From positions 1 through 56,659 of IMG/VR virus record IMGVR_UViG_3300027648_000002: a DNA stretch of 56,659 bases; one strand, 5' to 3'. The position numbers and the translations under genes are program-made. This DNA comes from a virus. Positions 1 through 6,430 of this stretch are shown one piece after another. The notes beneath the pieces were generated by a model that worked only from the letters and a program-made list of their open reading frames with translations, made no database searches and was not told where the DNA came from. Numbering within the stretch: position 1 is the first letter of the stretch; every line of letters starts with the position of its first letter.

Positions 1-99
1 CATCGTCCACCGCAAGCTCGCCGAGTTGGTCGCAGGAGGACAGCTCACTCGAGCTATGCGCGAACGCACGCCTCGCTACCGCGTCGCTCAATCGACGCA
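1..99. repeat. Terminal overlap copy 1: bases 1-99 are identical to 56561-56659, the signature of a circularly closed contig
   Basis: Direct comparison of the first and last lines of the sequence. The match ends exactly at the contig end. Confidence 0.95.
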
Positions 100-325
100 C
101 GACGATCTGCGTCGGGAGATCGAAGATGCAACCCGTCGTCTGGCCGAGACTTATGACCCGAGTGATCCAAGCAAACTCGTCGGCATGATGTACCCCTGGA
201 AGGGGGAGCTGCGCGAGATCATCGATGCGAAGCTCGTGGACGGCCAGATGTACGCTCGATTCTCGTCATCGCCCGAGCGCATCACGATCATCTTCACAAC
301 GCCTCGGTCAACGAAGAGGGACTGA
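1..325 (+). CDS. 3-prime part of the same junction-spanning gene (bases 1-99 are the duplicated overlap)
   Basis: Base 1 is a third codon position. Stop TGA at 323-325. High GC3 and realistic composition (LTRAMRERTPRYRV...DLRREIEDATRRLAETYDP). Confidence 0.6.
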   Translation, partial: IVHRKLAELVAGGQLTRAMRERTPRYRVAQSTHDDLRREIEDATRRLAETYDPSDPSKLVGMMYPWKGELREIIDAKLVDGQMYARFSSSPERITIIFTTPRSTKRD

Positions 326-326
326 G

Positions 327-405
327 TGAGCCCCGCGAAGCAGTCGTCTGGCGTTAGGCACAAGGCCCCGTCCAAGGGCGCCCGGGGACTGCTTCGCGGG
401 ACTCA
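327..405. terminator. Large hairpin directly after the stop of the plus-strand operon; candidate terminator or structured RNA
   Basis: Perfect 14-bp inverted repeat, cccgcgaagcagtc (332-345) with gactgcttcgcggg (387-400). It extends by 4 bp after one mismatch and has a 41-nt loop. No U-tract. Confidence 0.4.
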
Positions 406-424
406 TCCGCCTGTAGGTGTACGA

Positions 425-445
425 AACATGCATTATCGCGCGTTG
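425..445. repeat. 21-nt motif AACATGCATTATCGCGCGTTG, copy 1; candidate regulatory or recombination site
   Basis: Exact 21/21 match to 3410-3430. Lies in a locally AT-richer, noncoding stretch. Confidence 0.9.
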
Positions 446-721
446 CAGAAAGCGCGTGTTTGCAGGCCAAACAGCACCCTCGTTGACATAACCGTCGGCG
501 CCCGCACGGAGACGAGTTGGTGCAGGAAAACCGTCGGATCTCAAGCTCTGGACTTTCAGCTACGATCCGACCTCACAGCGCCCCCGGCAGCGCCACAGCG
601 TCACCGGGGGCAGACACCGAAGTTCGGAGCTTCGATGCCCAGCAAGACTACTACCGCGACAACCGTCGCCACACGCCCCGTTGCACACGCAACTAACGGC
701 CCGCGTGCAACCGCGAGAGGC

Positions 722-1114
722 TCAGGCGTTGCCGAGCACGAGCCGAAGCTGGCCGACGAGGGCGCGCAAGACCCGCGGGTGCATCGTGTCGTCCACGGGC
801 TCAAGAGTGTTCACGACGCGGTCCGTCGGGAACTGCGTCTTCGCCTGGCGCAGCAGCGTGTTGTAGACCTCTGCGATCGGCATGCCGATGCTCGTCACGC
901 CATCCTCGGCGAGAAAGCGGAGATCCTCGTAGAGCTGCTGGGCATGCTCGTTCAACTGGGGCACCGGCACCATGCTACTCCGCAAGCCGAACGCGTCGAG
1001 GAAGCACTCCACCGCGGCCCTCGGGACCGGCTCCTGGTAGATCCCACGCCGACTCACCGAGAACCCGCCGAGGGTGCACAGCCTGCGCGCACGCTTGAGG
1101 TCTGCGGGTGACAC
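722..1114 (-). CDS. Hypothetical protein
   Basis: GTG start preceded by AGGAGG 5 nt upstream. Balanced composition. Diverges from the 1152 gene across only 37 bp. Confidence 0.6.
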   Translation of the reverse strand: MSPADLKRARRLCTLGGFSVSRRGIYQEPVPRAAVECFLDAFGLRSSMVPVPQLNEHAQQLYEDLRFLAEDGVTSIGMPIAEVYNTLLRQAKTQFPTDRVVNTLEPVDDTMHPRVLRALVGQLRLVLGNA

Positions 1115-1151
1115 GGATGCCTCCTATTGATCGAACGGAAAGGACTCCCAG

Positions 1152-1778
1152 ATGAAACGCCTCACGCTTCTCATAGCCGCCCTTGCGCTGCTTGCCTCAC
1201 CCACGGCCGCACTGGCCACAATCCACTACGGCAGCGTCACATTCGAACCGCCCGTGGAAGAACCCACGATCGGCCCCCAGCCACCCCCGTGCAACCCCCA
1301 GGAAACCAGCGAAGAATCTCGCGGCCATGCCGAAGGGCCGGAAGGCTACCGCTGCAAGCTCGCGACAGAGGGCCTGCACACGGTCAATGTCGCCTATAAC
1401 GACCAGGCCGGCACGCTCACGGTCAAGGTGGCCGTCTACGACCCGCAACTGTGGGGGCCGGTGCTCGCGCAGCAGGGCTTCACGCTCGTCTCACGCTGCA
1501 ACGACCTCACGCTCGCGCCATCGCTGGAAGGGAACTTCGCCGGCCAGGCGGACCGATACGCGCGGGGCGGCTATATCGAAGGGCAGGAAGAAAACTCGGT
1601 CACGCTCCAGGGCCACAACGGCAGCGTCGGCGCGACTGCGGCCTTCGGCGCGCAGGGCTACACGTTCACATGGTCTGATCGCGCGTTCGCTCACCGCGAC
1701 TGGCGCTTCCTTGAACTCAACGGCGGTGGCTGCGTGCGGCTGGGCGGCTGGCCCGCGAGCCATCGGCGACACCGCTGA
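1152..1778 (+). CDS. Secreted protein of unknown function (Sec signal peptide)
   Basis: N-terminus MKRLTLLIAALALLASPTAALA followed by TIHY. GGAAAGGA RBS. Stop overlaps the next start (TGATG). Confidence 0.7.
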   Translation: MKRLTLLIAALALLASPTAALATIHYGSVTFEPPVEEPTIGPQPPPCNPQETSEESRGHAEGPEGYRCKLATEGLHTVNVAYNDQAGTLTVKVAVYDPQLWGPVLAQQGFTLVSRCNDLTLAPSLEGNFAGQADRYARGGYIEGQEENSVTLQGHNGSVGATAAFGAQGYTFTWSDRAFAHRDWRFLELNGGGCVRLGGWPASHRRHR

Positions 1779-2266
1779 TGCGCGCGTTGATCCTCGTCCT
1801 TGGCATCCTGGCCATCATGCCTTCGGCAGCGCTCGGCGCCCAAGTGGCCCGGGAGAACCCGATAGCAGTGGCCGAGCACATCGCCGCCGGCTATTGGGGC
1901 ACGACGCCGTGCGGCGGCGCAATCACCATCACCCACGCCCCCGAAACGCCCGAACTTGAAGCAGGCTGGCTCGCACTCTACGGCCACGCGAGCCACGCTG
2001 AATCGTGGTCGTCGTGGGTATCTCCCGATGGTGCCAACAGCAAGGCCGCGCCTGCCAGCACCTTCACCAACTGCACAATCACCTTCAACTCGACACGCTG
2101 GCCCTCGGAAGCCGTCGAGGATACGTGGTTCGTCGAACTCTGCAGCGACATGGTCCACGAGTACGGCAACCTGTTGGGACTACCAGAGCTACGCAGCGGT
2201 GCACCATCGGTCATGGGCATGGGCACAAACGCGGTCGACCCGCCGCGCTGCGAAACCTTCTACTAA
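1778..2266 (+). CDS. Secreted protein of unknown function with a lone HEYGN motif
   Basis: Signal peptide MRALILVLGILAIMPSAALGA. Translationally coupled to 1152..1778. MVHEYGNLLGL looks like half of an HExxH site. Confidence 0.7.
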   Translation: MRALILVLGILAIMPSAALGAQVARENPIAVAEHIAAGYWGTTPCGGAITITHAPETPELEAGWLALYGHASHAESWSSWVSPDGANSKAAPASTFTNCTITFNSTRWPSEAVEDTWFVELCSDMVHEYGNLLGLPELRSGAPSVMGMGTNAVDPPRCETFY

Positions 2267-2949
2267 GACAAGGCCATCACGACCACCATGAACTGAGTGG
2301 CGTTCTGGACGGAGTTTTCGGGGTTCACGGTGACGACGGTGAACGCGCCTGTTTCAAGCGTCCTAACCGTAGTAACCCGGTTGGCGACGCTGAGCGCCGA
2401 CGCGGCCACAGCATATTTTGCGCTGGTCTTCGCCGTTTTCCAGTTCACTTTGTAAACTGCGGTTTCTTTCAGTTCGACGGATGAGAAATCACCGGATTGG
2501 GCTTCTATGGCACCCGCCGCACTGATCAGCGCCCACGACAGGAAACTCTGGCTCGCACCCCGCTCCAATGACACCGAGGCCGTCGGGGTGCCCGCGGTCA
2601 TAAACCAGTTGGTGCCGTCGGAGACGAACCGAGCATGCTGGTAGCCGACGAAGGTGATTGGTGTGATGCCTTCGATGAAGTCTCCGTAGATGAGTCCGGC
2701 GCCTCCACCTACTTTGACTTCATGTCCGTTGCTCAACACTTCGACTACGGCGTTTACTGATGCGGCGGGGAGTGTGATGGTGATCGCTGCGGTGCACTTG
2801 ATGAGTTCTCCGGAGGCGGCGGTGAAGCTTGAGCCGTGTTCTGAGACGAGCGTCAGGCGTTCTTTGAGGTAGGCCGTGACGCGTTCGGCGAGTTCCTGGA
2901 TGTCGGCGGCTCCCTTTTTCGCTTCTCCTGTGCTGGACGGATAGGGCAT
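2263..2949 (-). CDS. Putative tail fibre or receptor-binding (minor tail) protein
   Basis: Last virion gene downstream of the baseplate module. Beta-rich, T/S/A/V-rich sequence. No specific family recognised. Confidence 0.5.
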   Translation of the reverse strand: MPYPSSTGEAKKGAADIQELAERVTAYLKERLTLVSEHGSSFTAASGELIKCTAAITITLPAASVNAVVEVLSNGHEVKVGGGAGLIYGDFIEGITPITFVGYQHARFVSDGTNWFMTAGTPTASVSLERGASQSFLSWALISAAGAIEAQSGDFSSVELKETAVYKVNWKTAKTSAKYAVAASALSVANRVTTVRTLETGAFTVVTVNPENSVQNATQFMVVVMALS

Positions 2950-2985
2950 CGCGAACGGGGCTGCGGTGAGGTTTTCGGCTATGGG

Positions 2986-3357
2986 TCATCCCCCCGTTTC
3001 GTGATCTCGTGTAGCGTCCGGTTCGTGGGTCCGCTTGAGCAGGAAGTCATGGAGGCGCTTGGCGCCCCGGTAGCAAGCTCGCCAGGCTCGCTGTTCTACG
3101 CTGCGGGCGACACCACGCACTGGTGGGACGCTCTCACGCGCGAGCAGCGCGACGAGGTCTTCCTTTTCTCGCTCGCAGGCATCTCGGACGCTTTGCGGCG
3201 GATCGCCCGCCATATAGATGAAGTGGAGGCTGCCGCCGACAGTGCTGGCGACGACTAGCCCGTAGCCCGCGAAGAACCGAAAGAGCAGTGCCTCGCGCGT
3301 TGGCGCCCAGGGCGGCAGGTCGAACATGCGTCTGGCCTCATCGATGGTGAAGGCCAT
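2986..3357 (-). CDS. Hypothetical protein, possibly a fibre assembly or accessory protein
   Basis: Start moved to the internal ATG (MAFTIDEARRMF), which has an AAGGTG RBS. The ORF-track ATG at 3414 lies inside the 21-nt repeat. Confidence 0.5.
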   Translation of the reverse strand: MAFTIDEARRMFDLPPWAPTREALLFRFFAGYGLVVASTVGGSLHFIYMAGDPPQSVRDACEREKEDLVALLARESVPPVRGVARSVEQRAWRACYRGAKRLHDFLLKRTHEPDATRDHETGG

Positions 3358-3409
3358 CAGCCGACACCTTCTTCGCCCGTGTGGTATAGGGCACGAATCC
3401 GGTAGCAAT

Positions 3410-3430
3410 AACATGCATTATCGCGCGTTG
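3410..3430. repeat. 21-nt motif AACATGCATTATCGCGCGTTG, copy 2
   Basis: Exact match to 425-445. Intergenic, between the gp48-like gene and 2986..3357. Confidence 0.9.
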
Positions 3431-3434
3431 ACAT

Positions 3435-4046
3435 TTAGAACGTCCCTTCGGTCAGTTCTGTCCATTTGCGTCCGGCCGAGATTTCGTCCCACGCTTTGGT
3501 ACCGCTGAGCCATGCGTCGGTGGCTTCGGTGATCGTGTACCAGATGCCTGCGGGGATCACTTCGTTGATCGCGTTGTAGAGCGCCTGCGTGGCCTTCCCG
3601 GTCCCGACGATTAGAATGAAATAGTAGGCGTTGGCTTCGCCCAACGGCCCGGTGCGTTCCCGGATCGTGAAGACTTTGGTTCCGATGACCCGTTCGATGG
3701 CCTGGTTGAGCGCTTCTCGGGTGCCGCGCGAGAACCCGGCGTGTTCTTCGACGATCGCTCGCGCTTCAGCTTCGGTCGCACCGGCCGGGATGCTCACCCC
3801 CACGTACATCCCGAGATAGCCGAGGTACTTGAAGGGGCACAGGGCGGGGCTCATCAGCTTGCCCCACGCGGCGACGTAGCCGGCTTCGCCGTCGGAGCCT
3901 TCTTCTTCGGCGAGTTCCAGGACGGCTTGGAACATCACGCCGAGCGCGTTGAGGTAGCGGTCGAGGTCCGTCTTGCCGGCGACGACTGGCCCCGTGTCCC
4001 AGGGCGCCATGTTCGTCTTCGCGCGGGTGGCGAACGACACGGTCAC
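3435..4046 (-). CDS. Baseplate protein, Mu gp48 / P2 gpI (DUF2313)-like
   Basis: Sits immediately after the baseplate J gene with an ATGA overlap. The WGKLMSP...EAEARAIVEEHAGFSRGT pattern fits this family. Confidence 0.65.
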   Translation of the reverse strand: MTVSFATRAKTNMAPWDTGPVVAGKTDLDRYLNALGVMFQAVLELAEEEGSDGEAGYVAAWGKLMSPALCPFKYLGYLGMYVGVSIPAGATEAEARAIVEEHAGFSRGTREALNQAIERVIGTKVFTIRERTGPLGEANAYYFILIVGTGKATQALYNAINEVIPAGIWYTITEATDAWLSGTKAWDEISAGRKWTELTEGTF

Positions 4047-5515
4047 GCCGAGCTCACCACCACGTAGCTGTTCAGGGTTTCAGGCAGCGGCGCGGGGCCG
4101 AGCAGCGTGATGTCCACGGTCCCGGACGGCGTGGCAGCCGTCCCGGTTTTCAGACCCGTGGAACCCGAGAAGACGTAGGCGACGCCGGGCACTCGCTCAA
4201 TCAGGCCGATGAGCTGGTTGTAGCGCACCACACCATAGCCCTGGGTTGCGTTCAACCAGGAGTTGCCGCCGGTGGTGGCGGCTTCGGGGTTTCCCCATTT
4301 CAATGCGGAGAGGTAGGAGACGATCGCGGCTTTGACGTTCGCTTCGACGGATGAGGCGGTGTAGCCGGACAGAATATGGACTTGCGTCGTCACATAGATC
4401 GGGTCGTACGAGGCGGATTCTACGAAGATGACGAAGTTCAGCTCACGGTATTGTTCGAGGTAGCTTTTGATGGCCGTGCGTGCTTCGCTGCTGAGCGTTT
4501 TGCCTTCGGTGTTCGTGACGAAGACGGTGACCGTGCGCTGGTTTTCGTAGGAGCCGACGGCCGTCAGGCTCTCTTTGCCGGGTTCTGCGGTGGGTTCCGC
4601 GGAGAGTTTGAGCGTTTTCGCGCCTTCGTTGACGGACACCACGGTCGTGCCAGCCGGGATGTCCACACCTTGGATGATTGTGCCGGGGTGCGTCTGCGTG
4701 CCCGACGTTTTTTCTGGGGTGATCCCCGTGAAGGATGTGACTTCGGTGAGTTCGCCTTTGCCGCCGCCGGCTTTTTTCGGGGTGCCCTGGAAGGCGTTGC
4801 TTTCCGGGTTGTACCCGTCGATCGCGGTGGCGCGGCCCACCTCTACGCCAGCGGGCAGAATGCTCGACGGGATGTCCAGCACGAATTCGGAGTAGTTGCT
4901 GGCCGTGATCGGCCGGGGTGCCTGGAGCGCCAGCAGGGACGCGAGGCGGTTCATGTATTCTTCGTCTGATTCCTGGTTGACGCCGCCTGCGGATTCGCCG
5001 ACGATCGTGACTTCGCTCACCCAGTTCAGCGGGCTTTCAAGCTGGAGGGTGCCGGTCAGCCCGTTGAATTCCGTGCCGCGTTCCGCAGCGACGAGTTCCA
5101 CTTTGACCGTCGATGTGCCTTCTGCGATGGTGACTTCGTTGGCGACGTAGAACGCGAGTTCGCCGATGCGAAGCGCCGTGCCGGCCGGGATCGTGTGTTT
5201 GGCGTATTTGCCGCCTTCTTCCAGCAGCGTCCAGGTGGTCGTGACCGTGGCCGCTGCGCCTTCGCGGTAGGCCACTTTCAGGAGTTCGGTCCCGAACTTG
5301 CGGAAGATCGCGGGCGGCACGACTGCGGCGATCGTCGCGGCGTTGGACGCCATCAGCGACAGGACGCCGATCAGGATGATCTCAAGATCACCGTCGTTGG
5401 CTTCCCAGCCGACGACGCCGCGCGCTTCGAGTTCTTCTTTGAGCTTGGCGAGCGCTTCGTCGGCGAGCGTTTCCGGGGACGTCGTCACCTGGGCTTCTAC
5501 GAACGCTTCGCTCAC
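4043..5515 (-). CDS. Baseplate J-like protein (Mu gp47 / P2 gpJ family)
   Basis: 490 aa. Family-typical layout following a gp25-like gene, with a conserved-looking N-terminal region (ILIGVLSLMASNAATIAA...). Confidence 0.85.
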   Translation of the reverse strand: MSEAFVEAQVTTSPETLADEALAKLKEELEARGVVGWEANDGDLEIILIGVLSLMASNAATIAAVVPPAIFRKFGTELLKVAYREGAAATVTTTWTLLEEGGKYAKHTIPAGTALRIGELAFYVANEVTIAEGTSTVKVELVAAERGTEFNGLTGTLQLESPLNWVSEVTIVGESAGGVNQESDEEYMNRLASLLALQAPRPITASNYSEFVLDIPSSILPAGVEVGRATAIDGYNPESNAFQGTPKKAGGGKGELTEVTSFTGITPEKTSGTQTHPGTIIQGVDIPAGTTVVSVNEGAKTLKLSAEPTAEPGKESLTAVGSYENQRTVTVFVTNTEGKTLSSEARTAIKSYLEQYRELNFVIFVESASYDPIYVTTQVHILSGYTASSVEANVKAAIVSYLSALKWGNPEAATTGGNSWLNATQGYGVVRYNQLIGLIERVPGVAYVFSGSTGLKTGTAATPSGTVDITLLGPAPLPETLNSYVVVSSA

Positions 5516-5817
5516 TGGACGTCCACCACGATCTTCCTGTTCGCCGGGGCTAGTTCTTCGAGTTCGGCGATCGTCAGTTCAGCGCGGGGCTCCCAGCGTT
5601 CGATGGCGAGCTGGAACGGCGCGAGGTCGAGCGGGAGCGTCTGGAAGAGTGGCTGTGGCACGCCGAACGTCGTCAGGTCTGCACGGAAGCCGGGTTCGCA
5701 CAGCACGATGTTCAGCACGCACTGGCTGATCTCTTCGGCGCTGCCCTGCTCAACGGTCGCGGCCACGCCCCGGCTGTTGAAGCTCATCGGCGAGGCGAGG
5801 TGTACGGGTTCGCCCAT
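5512..5817 (-). CDS. Baseplate wedge protein, GPW/gp25 family
   Basis: 101 aa. ISQCVLNIVLCEPGFRADLTTFG matches the gp25 core pattern (IxQSIxxILxTxPGERxxxPxFG). Confidence 0.85.
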   Translation of the reverse strand: MGEPVHLASPMSFNSRGVAATVEQGSAEEISQCVLNIVLCEPGFRADLTTFGVPQPLFQTLPLDLAPFQLAIERWEPRAELTIAELEELAPANRKIVVDVQ

Positions 5818-5830
5818 TCGCCGTCCCTCC

Positions 5831-6430
5831 TCAGTCGGTCGTGAACGTCACACCGTCGATCGATGCCTGTGTCGCGCCCGAGGCGAAGTAGACCGTGACG
5901 ACACCGGCGGCACTGACCGTGATAGCCGTTGCCGAGGCCTGGGTCGTGTAGCCGCCGCTCGAGTCAAAGGTCGTACCGGTTGGCCGGAACCCGTTGGGAA
6001 GCGTGAAGGGAGAAGATCCGCTCGCGCCGCCCCACAGTGAGCCGCGTAGACGCACTTCATTGGCCTTCTTGCGGTAGGCGACCGTGAGTCGGCCGGCCTG
6101 GTTGGCCCAGGAGTTGAGGAGCGCCGGTTCGATCCAGCCCGAGTCCGAGTCACTCCAGACGCCTTCCCACCACAGCACAACGGGAACGTCTGCTTCGCCG
6201 CCCGGGAAGCCGACAACGACGCGGGCGCCCTGTGCCGGCAGGCTCGTGCCGTATTCAGCGCTCCACGAGCACGCGACGGGCGCTTCCGTGGAGTGTTCGG
6301 GCAGAATCACCCACACCGGGTCGCCGAACGCCGCCGGCGCGGCCCGGGCCGTGCTCACATAGCCGGGAACTAGCGGACGCTCGTCAATGGTCGTGCCTGG
6401 CAGCGCTAGGAGCTTCGCGGGGTTGGGCAT
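5831..6430 (-). CDS. Baseplate spike / assembly protein V-like (Mu gp45 position)
   Basis: Start set at MPNPAKLL, which makes an ATGA overlap with the upstream stop. OB-fold-like GARVVVGFPGGEADVPVVLWW. Synteny supports the call. Confidence 0.65.
   Translation of the reverse strand: MPNPAKLLALPGTTIDERPLVPGYVSTARAAPAAFGDPVWVILPEHSTEAPVACSWSAEYGTSLPAQGARVVVGFPGGEADVPVVLWWEGVWSDSDSGWIEPALLNSWANQAGRLTVAYRKKANEVRLRGSLWGGASGSSPFTLPNGFRPTGTTFDSSGGYTTQASATAITVSAAGVVTVYFASGATQASIDGVTFTTD

Noticed and set aside
1-99. Biological direct terminal repeat
   Set aside because: The overlap is short and ends exactly at the contig boundary, and a gene reads through it. A terminase-associated HNH suggests cos packaging, so an assembly overlap of a circular molecule is more likely. 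This is unproven without reads.
610-650. tRNA-like T-arm (CGAAG-TTCGGAG-CTTCG) in the noncoding region
   Set aside because: The loop does not fit the TTCRANY consensus (G at the invariant A58 position). No complementary acceptor stem is present about 65 nt upstream, so there is no complete cloverleaf.
326-1111. 261-aa plus-strand ORF covering the noncoding region and running antisense to 722..1114
   Set aside because: R/A/P/G-rich, low-complexity translation typical of a high-GC shadow ORF. It runs through the hairpin and repeat region, and the minus-strand gene has a proper RBS and realistic composition.
1778-2266. Zinc metalloprotease call for the second secreted protein
   Set aside because: The motif is HEYGN, not HExxH, and no third ligand motif was recognised. 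It is kept as an unknown secreted protein.
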